A DNA stretch of 64,000 nt. Origin: Tubiluchus corallicola. Its lineage: Eukaryota; Animalia; Priapulida. The notes under the pieces were generated by a model. The model did not search any database and was not told the origin of the DNA. It was given only the letters and a program-made list of their open reading frames with translations. The stretch is taken from the NCBI GenBank assembly GCA_030141605.1, contig JAQGDQ010000149.1, forward strand, positions 186,001 through 250,000, given 5' to 3'. Positions 37,587 to 52,940 of this stretch are shown here, one piece after another. A program made the translations under genes and the position numbers. Position 1 is the stretch's first letter. Every line of letters starts with the position of its first letter.

Positions 37587-40500
37587 TAAACACCACTTTA
37601 AGCGGCGTTTACCAGAGTCCGGAATGTCGTTATTGCGTATCCTGCTGCGTTTGCTTAGGATACGCAATGCGAGAATGACTGCGACATAGCTGCAAAAAAA
37701 TAGCGCAGTAACGCATAACAGGTAACAGCCCATGTGTGCATAGGGAGGGTGTGCCGTATGCATAAACCCAACTTCGATAATTTTCTTTTGTGGCCTTAAT
37801 GCTGGCGTTACGGTCATAAATTGTAATCACATTTTAAAACTAAACTAAGGAATACTTAGTGACACAGTTTAGCGAATAAAGAAAACAGAGAAGCGGACCG
37901 AAAGTCAGAAAGTAAATCAGTGAAACTCAGCCATTTTAATTGACGATGCTGCCAAAAACTTTACTCACAGCGAACTGAACTTTTTTTCTTTTTTTTAGTA
38001 TTTCGTAAATTACCTTCTAAATAATTTGTATTTTAAAAAGTATGCGTTTAGTATAATTATTGAGCTGGCAGTTTTCATCAGATATTCTTGCCCAGTAGAA
38101 TCTTTCTCTTTGAATTATCATTATGAAGAAACAGAAAATCAAGTTTTCGAGCTATCTATCCCCAAGCTATGGCACACCCCAGAATCCAGATTGATTTAGT
38201 CAGAACAAGTTTACAACTGTTAAATTAATTGTTAACCGCATTTGATTTATAACTTGACACGTTATTTCTGCAAAACCACCTCATCCATCTTTATATTAAT
38301 AATTTTAATCTCGGTGTCAATATATTCAAGCTGTAATTAACCTATATTTACGATTGAAAGGTGTAGCGGTTATTCGCGTAAATCTTGAGCCGGGTGTTAA
38401 GGGACTTATATGAAGTTGGTTGTGCACCTGTGTATACTTGATTACAAGATTACAGTTGTGTATTCTGTCTTGTGTATTTTAATTGAGCGCATCCATAAGT
38501 ACAAAATTCGGCATCAAAAATTTCTATCCTAGGTATGGGATTTCAGGTTTTCCTTCCTAATTTTGTATTGCCTTCGTGCGTTTATACGATTAGAACGAAA
38601 ACTTTCTGATCTTACATGGTAGACCTTAAATCACCTGAAGTGTGTTATTTTTGCACTATAATACCCCATAAATAATTATCGTGATGTGTAAATTTTGGTA
38701 ATTTTAAATGATTCACACACATGGCTTCGAAATACGTTTTATAGTTATATACATATGTCTAATACAGTAAAAAAAATTTAGAATGAAGTGTTTATTTTAG
38801 ATTACTGCTTGTTTAAATATACTATTTCATCTGGTAGGTATTATTGTAACTGGAATGCACTGTATGTTGACTGCTGTGTTTATTGAAATTGAGCAAAATA
38901 AAACATTATACAGTGTTTGCGGTGCCCCACCCTAGCAAACCTGTAGGGATCAATAGAAAAGGTCAGACGGGGAGTTATACCTTTCAAAAGAGGCACTCAT
39001 GCCTAGAGGCTTGCGTGGTACATTAACTACTTATTCGTAAATAGAAAATCATCAGTAGTCAAATGATGCAGCACAATAAAATGTTTCTTTGTGAAACTTA
39101 GAAGGTCTGAAACGTCTGATGTTATTAGGATTACCTGTACAATTTTTGTACGCCGAGATACAACAAGTTCGAGTTGCTCCGTGCGTTTTTATTCACAAAA
39201 AACGATGTATATTTTATTTGGTAGAATTGCAGGGGAGTTTGTGTGGCTGTGTAACGTCCGAGTTTTCGCTTGTCGAAATAGGCAGCTTTGGAATTAAATT
39301 ATTACAGTATATTAACACTTTGACGTTTTTCTTACAGTTGTTTTGGGAGATTTACTATTCCCAAATCCTAGTAGACGTGTGTAAAGAAACATTTTAATGT
39401 GCCTGGAAAGGAATTAAGCTCTAGGTGCAATCCCAACTAAATCGGAACCATTAAAATGTGTGCTGATTTTAATGAACATAGAGCTAAAATGTTAAAAAAA
39501 CGAATGAATACGTATACACGAAATCGTTATAGCATCACAAAACAAAATAGGTCTAATTCAACCCAGTTTAAATAATTTCGAATAGATATCACTCAAATAG
39601 CCATATGTGTAATATTACAACAAAGTTACTGATGTAACTTTTATTTATTATTTTTATTTTATTCATGCCTCCAATACTATATGCTATGAAATTTAATACC
39701 ATACCATATAATCATTTCATATAATTCATAAACCGCCACACTTACGAACGATGTTCAGCTTCGTAACAAAGGAAAAATTATATACCGAGTGCTTAGGCAC
39801 ACCTGTAAATACAACACTGACGTACAATAACAATAAATATAGTAACAGTAAAATAAATGTATAGACGAGCTGCTGAGGAAAGAAGGAAGAAGATTTAAAA
39901 GGAATGAAATGAATAAAACGGCAAACAATGAAAACAACCAATCAATAAACGATAAAAAACAACAAACAAAAAGCAACAGCCAACAACAAGCTACATAGCT
40001 GGGCATACAGTCTGATGATCTAGACAAAAAATCAATCTTTCAAAGCATCAATCATGATCTTGAACCAACCGACTACTTTAACTATGTGTGAGATTATGAG
40101 TTAGATTGCATAATATGTCTCGGCCCATATATATCTTTATTTGTTATAAAGTAATGATTATACAATGTAGTGGTATAAAACAAGTAAGCACTCAACCAAA
40201 CGAAGGAACAAACAAGAACGAACAAATTGTCTAAAAGAGTCTAAGTTTCAGTTATGTTACCAGAATACATGAGAAATAATTACCTGAGTGGCTCGCCGCT
40301 GGTGTGTTGAGTTTATCTTCCGGCGACTGAATGTCAACATACAGGAAACGTCAACTCCAAGTCTATAGAGGTTTTTTCAAAACTTGATTCCACGGTTTTG
40401 TTTGTTTTCAGTTGTCGCTGTTAAATTCAACACATTTTTTAGAAATACATTTTGAATTAAGGTAGAAGCTATGATTGTACAAGTGTAGTATTATGTCTTA

Positions 40501-43500
40501 TACTTCATAATTTGTTCATGCGTAATCTATATGTCATAATTTGTGTATAGAAATAATGGATAAATGGTAACTTAAATAGTGTACAATATATTGGGAAATC
40601 AATGTAGGAAGTGTTAAATACATTTATCCGCAAGTTCTACCACATTTTTGAAGCTAAAATTAATTCTTTTGTTGTGCTTCTAGCCAAGGAAACTAAATTA
40701 TATACAGTGTGGAATAATACCGTTAATATGTATTGTACACTTACGTACCATGTATTATATGTACTGTGGTGTACTATATATATATATATATATATATACT
40801 GTACTTACTGTATTAAAAACGCTTGTTTTTTTAATACAGCTGTTGATACACGGATATTAAACTCTATTACGGGATTATCTTTATATAGTTCGTAGGTATT
40901 AAGTGGTAATAAACCGCACAAAATTTCCAGTGTAACCAATCATAAACGTTAGATCCCATATTTAATGTCATATAGTGCGCTTCTTTCTTTAAGTTAAGTT
41001 GTGCATTTATTGGCGAAACACCATTGCCATACTAATTAACCTATTTTGTGCGGCTCGTGTCTTGTGTATAAATCATTAAATCATGCGGACGCGAAACAAG
41101 ATACTGGAGATTTTACGATTCTACATTGATATTTTTAGATTTTGGCTTTGCTCATGTATACGAGAATCAAGCAGACCATTTTTAAAGCCACGTAATTATC
41201 TGTGCTTTGTGTGTGCTTTGAGCTGTATTTTAACTTTTAAGGGATTAAAAAATTTGACACAAATCATAAAATGTTGTAAATGTACACTGCAGGTTGTCTG
41301 CGATTATTAGGCATTCTTATTGCTTCGGCTTTTCTGGGTATAACGGTCGCTGATTCAGCTAAAAACGTCAGCTAATTGGCAGTAGCTTTGGAACCACAAT
41401 AACGTCAAGTTAGTTAAGGTGCTATTTGGCTGTAGCCACCATATTCAAATAAAGAGCTTATGTTTATATTTATTATTTATTTCTTTTTTCCGTTGATTTC
41501 AGTACATAAAAGGTACCATAGAGTATTAAACAAAGTTTTGTTAAAAAGTCACAATTAAAAATATTACTACAAGACAAATAAAATAAATATTTACACAGAG
41601 AATTAGTAAGTTAAATATGTAAAAAAATAGTGTATATTTCCAATGCGCGAAAATATTCGAAGTTAAAATGACATCAGTATTAAGAATAAAACTGCGTATG
41701 ACTTCATTGGTTGAATTTAAACTCGCTGGCAAGGATATTCAAGGGCTTGTGCTTCTTTTGGAGAAAGTATGGAATCTGGGAACTGATGCTGAAAACATAA
41801 ACTTCAGTTGTAAATCATCACTGCATTTAGTAGTGAGCTTTGTTTATTATTGTAAAAGTAGTCGCGCGTCCGGCAGCTATACACTATACACTATGAGATG
41901 AATAATTGATTTATTGCTACCAAATTACAGCATGCATACTGCTAATTATTATATATACACACACATGCTTGTGTATACATATTCTAATCACACTGTGTTA
42001 ATAAAATTATAGGTCTTTGTTCAGTGAGACATGCATGTTTGTTCAATGTCTGTGGTTACATTTCAGTTTGTTATGCGAATTGCATTATGAGAGACCTATA
42101 GACAACAGGATTCTGTTTTCAAACTTGACAAGCACTTCAAATTTTAAAATTCGTTTGCTGCACATGTATTCTGTTTTTACTATAATATTCTGTAATTGAA
42201 TTGATATATTATGCACTCTGTGTGTTATTCAGGCACCATCAAGTAGGGGCATCAAGATCTCATGTCAAGCCTAATGTAAGGGTCTAGTGTTTGTTCAGTT
42301 GCGTGGTTTTTATTGCGATACTCTGATTGAGAATTGTGCAAACAGTTGATCGTGCCGTAACGAAGGTATCGTGTAACACTACATTAATGTCGCAACAATT
42401 ATTGTTGAAGCCACAATGCCCGACGAGAGACCGATTCAGCGTGCATTAAGTAACTTTCCTACCACCATCGCATACCCATTAACTACATTTATGTGATACG
42501 TGCGCCCCAGTCGCTTGTGCATTTATAGTTTTGATAGTGAAGTGACCCCGCGGCTTGGCACATTCCAGATAGAAACCACTAACATTTAAATCAAAAGTTT
42601 TGAAATGACTTCATCTGGTCTGGTTATAATAATTAAAAGGAGCAGACAAATTTATGCAAAAAAAACTTTAATCGTGCGAAAGTGCATTAACATATTTTCG
42701 ATAGCGTGAACCTAGATTTCGTTTGGTCATGTGTCTCCATTAGGCGTTTCGTTATAACGATGGACGGGAAACTTTTCTCTTTTTTGGAAATTACTTAAAT
42801 GGAGTTGAAAATAAAAAGAAACGTGTATATCGACTCCTTAGACTCAAGAGGCTACAAAAGAGTAAGTATTACGTGAAACGTAATTAGAGTTTCGAGAGTT
42901 TATATTGCCACCAAGAAGTGCTATATAGTCATCAAGAAATACGCACTATGTTATAGCATAGTGTTACAGGGGTTAATTGTTAATTAAACGAAGTGACCAT
43001 AATTTAAACAGTTTGCTGATGTACAAAATCTTGTGTACACTGTTTTATAGATGTTTTATAGAATTTTAAAATGGATGAATAAGAAATCATGCAAAGAAGT
43101 CTGAAATAAAAAAAACGCCCCTTTTTCTTCACTGTGGGATTTTTTGTTAATTCTTTAATCCACGCCAGCTAATAACTTTTTCCGTTATTCAGTTACATCT
43201 CTGGAGTTTGTATAACATACATATTGGTTACACGTGTAATAAATAACCTAGTCAGTTATTCTCTTTACTAAGCTTAAGCTTATTTATGAAAAAGAAATTG
43301 GTTTTATCTAAAATTCCCAAAAATGTCTGCTTTAACCAGTATAATATTATTATGTACTCAACACTATGAAATTTGACTTGGTTTTGCTGGCAATGCTGCA
43401 CCTTTGGTGCAAAAATTATTGATGTGCAATGGGGGTTTTTATGTTGATATTGCAAGGGTTGGTAAATTGATACAAGTATCTTTGTGTTTTCATTTCAATT

Positions 43501-46500
43501 TCAATTACAGTTTGAATTCGTTGCGGTTAGTATTTGCAAAAGTTTCGTTTTCGTTTAGCTCGAATTATCCAGCGTGCTGATTCTAATGTGTATTTAGGAC
43601 TTCGTTACAGGAAATGATTTCTGACTCCCCATTGAATTGAAGTCTCATGAATATCACAGAATTTCAGAAATCTCAGAGTTTTTGACCCCATGTAAATTGA
43701 ACTCTAAAAGTTACACTGCACAAAATAATGCAATACTTGCTCGTCTGTTGTTTTACGTAGAGCATTTTATTAAGTTTAATTGCGTTTCGGCTGGTGTAAT
43801 AAGCAATCTAACACCATCCACCATTAGCAAGCTAAATTACACTGATTGAACTGTTGTTGTGACTCACATATCACCATCAGGCAAGTTATTTATCAACTTT
43901 AAAAAATTGCGGAAATGTAACATTGCCAAAAGTCAAAAAGTAAATATGTTTTTTTTAAACAACAAAATTGCCTCTGATATTTGAGCTCAAAGCATTGGCG
44001 TAGTTTTTACCATTTCTGAGTCACTTGGGTTTTGCTTTGAACCGACATGATGTACACCCAAAATGACCGCTCGCAGAATTATCACACGACATCGCCATTG
44101 ATTCACTTGCATGGAGACTAATAATATTATGACGACGGAGACGATGACGATTCCGTTCAAGTTATGTTGATGTGCATAAAAACTACGTTCGAAATCATTA
44201 AAATTTCTGTGATGTTCGTTTCTGATATGTGGATCACCGCTCACAGTGGTCGTAACTTCTTACGTCGTTTCTAGGGTAGACTTGGCAGAATTAACTTAAA
44301 AGTTTTTTATATGAGTGTGGAAACCGGTAGTGTTCGGTTTAGTTCAGTTCTTTTCGGGCATAAAACAGACGTGTTTTTATCCAAGTCTGACTTTTTATCG
44401 AACACCCAAAGGGCCACGTTGAGAAAAATGTCTAAATCGTGGCCATTAGTATATTGTGTGCACGGATTAATCGGATTGGGCTGCTCACCTCTTCCACCAG
44501 ACGTGATTAATGACAAGCAATTGCCGCAAATATATACCCAACAGTGTAGGCTGATGTATGGTTTACTTTAGGATCATTTCCAAACGTTGAGAATCACTTG
44601 AGCTAGTGAACTCTGTCAAATTTGAAATTGGAAATGAGAACAGGCGTGACTACAGAATCGTAGTATATGATACAAAACGGTCGTGAGCTGTTGACTTATC
44701 TGTTGGAGTTTTGGCAGAGTTAATTAATTATTGTTTAGCTATTAGATATTAAGCTTCAAACTAAGCTGATGAACTAAGCTAAAAAAGTGATAACTGATGA
44801 TTACGCAGCAATCTGTATTGTATAGGGGGAGATTATTAAACTCGTCACATCACTTATGGTACTGTATTCTGTGTAACATGGACAACATAAATTACGTAAC
44901 TTTTGCATAGGATGGCAAATGCAGATGTAGACTGACCTATCCAGTATGGTTGCAGTATAATAATCCCAGTCTTGTCCGAATCCCAGTGTAACACTTATTA
45001 AGATCCTTAGAGAAGTAAGGTATTACATTATTTCTTGATCTATCATGATGGTACACCCATTTGGGCAACATTCAGTTAGCTAATGTAATTTTTCCTTCTC
45101 CTAAACACGTGCTTTCAGGAAATTGAAAAAAAGGAGCACAGAATTGTTTGATCTCTCTTTCCTTTTTTTCTGAGCCATTATGTGGATTCAACTTGTTTTA
45201 TATTTAGCAGGTATAAGTACAATACACGCCATACAATCTTAATGGCTATTTTAGAAAAGAGTCAGAATAATGTTTGCACTGGTGAAGAGACTAATTTATA
45301 TAAACAACCTGATATGAAAACATTGTTAGCATTGGTATGGTTTTCGTATTGGTTTGAAATTATAAATTTGGTACATGTTTGACAAAGTGAACCATTTGGA
45401 TTCTTGGATTCATGTATCCGCCATGTCTCCATGCAATTTCTGTTTAAATATTTAAACTAAACTCCGTGTAGGATAATATTATCATATAATGAAAGTGAAT
45501 CTACTCCAATCTCATATGCATGTGTTAAAGTGTGGTATTGTATGTGTACGAATCATGCGAATCACAGACTTCTACATTCAATAAATAAATTTTATATTAT
45601 TAATTATGAAATGTTAACATTGCATGCTATAAATCGAGTTTAAAGTCTTTCCCAAGTTCATTTAAAAGAGATGGACCGAGATTGCGTATTGGTTCCATCC
45701 CATTCCATGCTGTTCTTTTAATGTTGCAGCTTTGTTTCAAAACCACAAATTAGTTCAAACTAATATTAGTTTTGATGGCTCACTGAGCTGAAAACTTGAA
45801 AGTGTTGATTGCTACGAAGAAGCTTTCCATTTGTCCGAAAGGTAATTTTGTAACAGTGTCTATTCATTTCCGTGTGATATACCGAAGGGTTATTATTGTT
45901 TTATACAGTAGCACCTTTCCTCACGACGAGGATTATAGTGACATTTCAAGATCCTCAGGGCATGGGACCTATCCCACAGCTGCGAAAGGCTTTTGCGTCA
46001 TGTGTCCGATTTTTTCGCCTGTCACTTGATGTGACAACCTCCATTTTTAACGATAGAAACGATTTCGTGCCTCTTGCACATTTCGTGCCCTTTGGCGCTG
46101 GTCTTTCATTCAGCTTTGTGGCGATGACGTTGGCTCAATTGATAACTAGAGAAAAAGTTTCCGAAAGTACCGACACTTCTTCCTTGTCCGTATTATTCAA
46201 ATTATCTTGCTGCACGGCTTTACAATAACTGATTTAAGAACATTGCAAATGCTTTGTTGTTCCTACGTCTGCCACCGCAGTGAACTGAAATGATGTGGAT
46301 TTTCTGATTCAGGCGTTTGTATTATGGCTGTATGTACGAGCTTGCTAACTGCTCGCTGAATAATGCAAGTTCGTGGAATAAACGTTTTAGGGACTGCAAT
46401 ACGTATTAATGCAATGTCATTCACGAACAACTGACTTTCTCAAAATCAGTTTTTGTGAGGGATGTAAACGGTAAACAGAAATCATTAAAAAATGCCGAAC

Positions 46501-47719
46501 ACTAAGTACATTGCAAACACTTTTATACTGTAACGTACAATGTCTTTAAAAGTCATTGTTTATATAACTATTCCAATTGTCAATAAACGTCGATCTATTT
46601 GGCTAACCTGAGCCGGCCAGTACCACTACAACGTAGTACTGCACGTCTAAGTTGTTTGCACTTCGTTTGAAATAAATAAAATTCACATTAACTAATGCAG
46701 CTATATTTTTCGTCTTCTCTTCCGTGTTATAGGGATGTGCCGCTATCTGGCGACCAGTAATAAAAACGTAGTCTTATAGCTATACTAATATAATGCTGAT
46801 ATGGTGGACAAATTTAACACGTTGGTTATTCGATATCCGGCTTTGTAAAGCACGAACCGATATGTTTGCTGTGAGATTAAATTAACCACGGTTAATATTT
46901 AATTTGTACTGACATTTAGCAACTGTGTTTACGCATTTGCTTCTTATGTATTCATACGCGAAATTGCGCATTGCTTAATTGCCCTTTACTTTTAATAACT
47001 ACTGTAATAAAGAATTAATAAGATTAGTTGTTCAGTATGTGGGATGAATATGCAATCGTGCTGAGAGTTTAATGAAGCAACTGAGAAAAATACGCAGACA
47101 TATATAATGGAACAAATAAACGGAAGTAAACTAGTACAATTATGAGTACATGCGTGGTCAAAGTACATTCTCACAGTCCGTAGACTGTAAGAAACTAGAG
47201 CAAAATCGTATTTTTAACCCTTGCTTTTACAGTTAGTTGTATTTTAAAAAAATAGGTACATGACACTTAAAACTCAAAACAAAAGACAAAAGAAACAAAC
47301 TACAGCGTGAGCGAATGCAACCATATCCAACAGATAAAATAGGTAGCAACTGTAATGAAAATATTATTTATCACAGTTGCAGGTGTTATAATTAATTAAC
47401 ATATTTGCTTTTATGTGTCATGAGCATACGCATGGTCATTATGAAAATGCCAAACAGCGGTGCATGTACACTGAGGCGCATTGCTTCTTTGTAGTGCTCT
47501 TTGCATTCCTAAGTATATTTTTATTAAAATTATTGGTTCTACATAAAATATATAGGAGATGTAAGTTGTATATTCTAGTTGTCTTTCACCTTGATGGTCC
47601 CTAGGGTTTAGGTCTGTTTCCTAGAAAAAGTATTTCCCAGAAAGATTTCTTGCCAGAAAAAAATCACTGTTACGTTTTTAATTGTAAGATTTGCTGTTTT
47701 AGTAGAGTAAAGCTTTCGA

Positions 47720-48050
47720 TTTCTCTTTTTCTCTTTACCTGTCCCTCCCTACCTACCTTATTACGAACTCCCTCTAACTCTCATCCTCACCTCTTCCTCT
47801 TTCCTTCCTTCCCTCCCTCCCGCTCTTTCTCCCTTGTTTTCCTGTCCCATCTCCTCTTCTTCGCTTCTTCATCTATTCCTCCTTCGTTTTTTCTATCTTT
47901 TCTCCTCCTTTTCTCAGTCCCTCTGTCTTACCCATCTCGTTCTCTTTCGCCCTCCTCTGGTTTCTCTTCTCCCATCTCTCCCTCCTTCCTCTTTCTCTCA
48001 CCCCCAATCCTTCTCTCTTCCTCTTTCGCTTTGTCTCTCTGCTTTCCTTT
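47720..48050. repeat. Polypyrimidine (CT-rich) low-complexity tract
   Basis: About 330 bp almost entirely C/T on the plus strand. Confidence 0.9.
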
Positions 48051-48479
48051 AACTATTTACATTGCTTTTACTAATGACTATTAGAAAACAAAAATATTTT
48101 GTATTGAAACGTCGTTGATATATTTTCAAGTTGCTTTTAAATTGAAATTGATTTCTTAAAGTAATTTGCATCAAATCATTTGTCGCATATAATCATTTAA
48201 GATTAATTGATTTTCATAAGATTAGCATTAAAGTTTAATAAACAATGTAGAAAAAGAAAATTCCGTGGCTGCGTGAATTGTCATAATATAAATACGATTT
48301 ATTTCGAATTATTGTAAATACAACACATTCATTCGGTTAGCTGTGTAAATAAATGAATAAATAAACAATGTCGGTTAGTAGTTAAAAAAACGTGCCTTTA
48401 CACAAATAAAATTTGTCATTAACTAACTTACGTATGCGATATTGAGTTTGATTTTACATCACAGAATCACAAGTTATTC

Positions 48480-50560
48480 GCAACATAAATATTGTAGAAT
48501 GTCATTAATTTGCAGCTTGTCTAAAAAGGAAAAGTCGCTTCTGGTTAAGTCATTTAAAACATCATTAACAAATGAAAGAGTGAAGCTTTGAGCCCACGTA
48601 AGCTCTCTAGCTTTCTTATATATGAATCTTTTAATTTTTAAATAATCACATTTTTGTAATTATCATTATATTTACATTTAATAAATTGCAGATTGTAACC
48701 CAATATTGGCTGCACAGAATATTGTGCATTTCTCGCAAGAAAGTTCTCAAGCGTATTACTGCTATTAATACACGAGACAAATAATTTTACAAATCTGATT
48801 TCAAATTGGGTACTCGGACGAAGCACACCCGATAAATGAGGTAACAAAAACCTATGAGTTTCGTATGGCAAATGCCAAAATTTACGTACATCTATGTTCC
48901 AGAAGGTATCAATGTTATTAATAAGAGTGTCTTCAAGCTTCCATATTTGCGAGATATGAAAGCTATGACAGTACAATCGAAATATTTTAGTCTTAATACA
49001 GCTATTAAGAAACGAGAAACAGCTATTAAGAAACGAGAAGTCACACATAACACTGTTTGCACGATAAATGAAATCTCCACGTTTACAGCATTATCCAACA
49101 AATTAGATGTCAGAGTGGTACCAAGGTGCAGCTCTTTTTCGCAAAAAGACATCGATGTGTTATTGAGTTTTACTGTGGGATGTAAGTTGTGGGGAACATT
49201 CTTCTGCGATAGAAAATTATACATTTGCACTTTACTTTGTGACGACTTATGTTACGAAATCAATATCGTAAGTTCTGGCATACTCTTCACAAATTTTCAA
49301 CATAGCCGAGAGAGCCGGTATATTCGGAGCCAACAGACTTAAATCGTCAGCATATGCGACACTGCCACAGCACCTGTTACCCACCATGCATCTAATTTTA
49401 GAATCCCGCAGTTTACATAATAGTAGATCTAAGTACACGCCAAATAAAATTAGGGACAAGACTGCACCCTGTCTTTCCCAGTTGGTACAAGTAAAAAAAA
49501 ATCTAGATTTGGTATTATGCCACGATAAACATATTTCGGCTGGTTCGTATACATATTTAATAAAAATTTGATTATATTAGCAGGAAGATTTTTCTGAAGA
49601 AAAAGTTTGAATGATTTACAGTAATTTACTTTATAGAATGCTTTAGAAGCGTCTAGTAAAACACAAAAAGCTATAGAGCCATTTCGCACGTAATATTTAG
49701 CGGCGGTTTATTTTAATGTCATGGTACATATAGTAGTGGATATCTTAGATTTAAATCCAAATTGTAAATCGGAAGTACACAATGCATTTTCATATTCAAA
49801 AAGAATTAGCCAATCGAATAGCTTTCCTATAGAAGACGACAAGGTTATGTCCCTATAGTTGCCTTTGTCTGACAAGTTACCACGGGTATCCTTTGGGATT
49901 GGTTTGATACAAGACGACGAAAGGTGTTCGGTAGAATAACTGTGGCCAATTATACAATTCACAAGCATACATAAGTGAGTGGATAATAAATGTGTACCTT
50001 GTATAATATGATCGGATGTAAAACCAGCACTTCCATCAGATTTACCAGGTTTTATATGTTTTACAGCGTTAATTATGTCTTGAACATTGAAATGACGAGT
50101 TTCACACGCTTCATTACGCAGTTTTGCATCTATATTTTGTTTCAAAGCCTGCATCTCATTAGAGTCGTAACCCGCAATATTATATAAGTGTTCATAATCA
50201 TTTGCAAATAAGTTAGCTATGAAATTGGGGTCATTTTGATTTTCTATACACACAGGTTTGCCACTTCGCGAGTTATTTGAAACAATATGGTTTGTGAAAG
50301 TCTTATGGCGCGTTCTGGCGTAGAGATTTCTTTCGCAACTTGTTGCATAACTTCTCTGTGGAGAGTAAACGGTTTGAACGGTTTGGCAACTTTCCTCGCA
50401 ACTTGTTCCAACGTGTGAACGGCTTGGAAAATTCTCTCGCAACTTATTTCAACGCGTGAATGACTTGGCAACTTCTCTCAGAGTTGTGTGAAGGCGCCAT
50501 TACGGTCTGAATTTGCCCAATAAATTATGTTCCTTCGCACGACTTTTTACAGATCTTTGG
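48480..50560 (-). mobile_element. Decayed LINE ORF2 (RT region), interrupted near its 5' end by a MITE
   Basis: KPGKSDG, KPIPK...NYRDITLSSSIGKLFD, LQFGFK, LLDASKAF, VLSLILFGVYLD, AYADDLSLLAP and LHLG occur in successive frameshifted ORFs. A 21-bp tandem duplication lies at ~48998-49039. Confidence 0.9.
50306..50499. mobile_element. PIF/Harbinger-type (Tourist-like) MITE, 194 bp
   Basis: TTA|TGGCGCGTTC...GAAGGCGCCA|TTA: 10-bp TIR with one mismatch and a TTA duplication. Internal GCAACTT/CTCTC repeats. Confidence 0.75.
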
Positions 50561-50999
50561 CGCATGGCAAGTCACTAGGCATCACTCAACAGCAGGACAT
50601 ACTAGCGTTATCTTATGGCAGGACGAGATCGTAGTTCATTATCAAGATAATCCTCTGAGATGAAATACTGAACTGGCAGATATGTCACAGTCAGAGTCGG
50701 ATGCATGTAACAAAAACTAACCAAATAATTTGGCATTGCAGTGACGGAAACGGCCTAAAAGCGTGAGTCATAAGCAATCACCAAACCACATCACTTTCCA
50801 GGCTAGGCATTGCTTAACTACGGTAGCCTAGCATACACCGCTAACACTCAGCTATATTTCACTCTCCTCAAGGTGAACAAATATGCCAAATTTCGTCCAG
50901 CAAAATCTGTATCTTTAGCTTTACAATCTATTCCTTTTCTACACTACCAAGTTTCATCCAGACTGAAACGAAATTTAATTCAATTTTGATCTGTCACGA

Positions 51000-51068
51000 C
51001 AACAGCAACAGCGTTTGGAGCAGCAGCAGCAGCAGCAGCAACAACAACAACAACAATAACAATAACAA
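51000..51068. repeat. Compound (CAG)n/(CAA)n microsatellite
   Basis: GCAGCAGCAGCAGCAGCAGCAACAACAACAACAACAATAACAATAAC. Confidence 0.9.
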
Positions 51069-52904
51069 ATAAGCAATTCTGTGGCTGTTAGTAGCTAATT
51101 TACACTGAAGCCAATACTCCACAGTGGTTGTCAGTATTGTACTACCATATGTATGCAAAGATCATCACGTTATGCTATTTAATGTCGTTTTGATGTTGCA
51201 AATTTACTTTTTTGCCTTAACGAGTTGACCAGAATTTTCTATTGTATAATATCTACCTGCGCATTAAAAAAGGTTTATTACATTTTATGTGCTTTTTACT
51301 TTCTATAAAATGATTGTTATAGGAAAAATCTTTTCTTCTGGCAAAGAAAATAGCTCTTTTTGAAAACGAGTATTCCTCGTTATCATACGTCTAAATTTAA
51401 TGTCACAAATGTGTTTTACTTTTGTGTAAAACTTATTATTGCCTAGAACATGTATCACCTATAACCTGTGCTTCTGCTCTGTATCTGTACCTACCAAAAT
51501 TATAGATGTACATTGACAATTTACTATTATAATTTTTTCACATATTGTATTTGTATATCCTAAAGTTGGCTGTATACTTTGTAAATTGATACAACGTCAG
51601 TGGAGGTGTTTTTTCCAAATTGATCCAGCTCGAGGCACAGAGAGCAAAAAGTTATTTATCTGATAAAAAATTGACAGAAAAGTATTCTATAATATAGTTA
51701 TTGTATTGAGTTTACTGATGTACGTTGCATTATGGTTTGTCCCTTGATGATGTACCACCATCTGTGTCCAAGTGTGAATCTAGCAACAGTTGACTCAAGC
51801 TGCTTCCTCATCGATATAATATAATACTCAAGGAAACTTTTCTCATCAAACATTTGCTGTTGAAACGTCTATCTCTACTTTGCGAAGAGGATAGGCAATT
51901 TCCGTTGTTAAGAAAGTGATGAGACGTAAAGTTTGCAGTGACTAACCAATACGCAGCCACTCCTCATGTAGTTTAATTTATAAAAGCCTGTATTAAATCG
52001 ATAATTATACGTTTTCACAAGTTGGCTGATGTGGCTATTGAATTTTGTGATACGTTAGCAAATTCATTCTCGTTCGGTAGTGATAGACATTGAATTGTTT
52101 GCAAATTACGATATCGCGCGATATTATTGAGAATTTCGATCAGTTTGAATAAAAGTTGATTTTTATGCTCTTTTTTATTTCATTATTGCGACGATAATTG
52201 GCATCAAGCAAGTCATTTTGTGTTACAAATGGAGAAATTGACAGGTCAACTTAAGGTAATGCTGTCCCGTTTTTAAAACAGATTTTCACAGTTTTTGAAT
52301 ATGCGTTTATACAATTGTTATTTATATATTATTTAAAAGACGAGTAGAACTTGAGACAGTGAACTTAATCTACAAGCTGTCCAGGTTGTGAGACTACTTT
52401 CTGCTTAGGCTGGGAAAATACCGAGTTTTTTTGCATCATTCGACAGATTTAAAGTGTTCTTTTTAAGTTTGGCTGTGTTTATACTTTTTACAAACTGTGT
52501 GGCAAATTTATTCGCAGTGCAATCTACGAATGACTGCATACATAAGCAGATGACGAGCTGTCGTAGGACTTATGCTCGTGCACGCAAGATGTCCATCGTT
52601 AATTTTTTGTCCTAGACATAAATTATTTTTCAATTGATTGTGGATTGTTGTGTAGGTCTACACATTTTAAAGGCAACACAGGAATTTTTTGTCTAGATAC
52701 CTATATGATTACGCTATTAACTGTTCTTCCAAATTTGTTTAAACTGGTGAATAAAGGAGCTATAACCAAATCAAAGAGGTGACCTTTAGGATTTTCTCTA
52801 ATGCACTGCTGATGAGGTTGAAAGCTCTGCACAACTTCATCAGTTAAGGTTCTATTCACGCCGTCACGTACGTAATAATAGACCATACACACATTACATA
52901 GACG

Positions 52905-52940
52905 TATATAAGCCTGGAGCTACGGTCTTTGTAGAGTCTG
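52905..52940 (+). promoter_or_regulatory. Candidate TATA-box promoter
   Basis: TATATAAG at 52905 with an Inr-like GAGTC about 30 nt downstream, in a locally CpG-richer patch. Confidence 0.3.

Noticed and set aside
47650-48084. 144-aa Ser/Phe/Leu/Pro ORF
   Set aside because: Translation of a CT-rich low-complexity tract that lacks stop codons by composition.
50330-50490. CRISPR-like repeat/spacer pattern (GCAACTT... units)
   Set aside because: Eukaryotic context, the units are degenerate tandem repeats inside a TIR-bounded MITE, there are no unique spacers and no cas genes.
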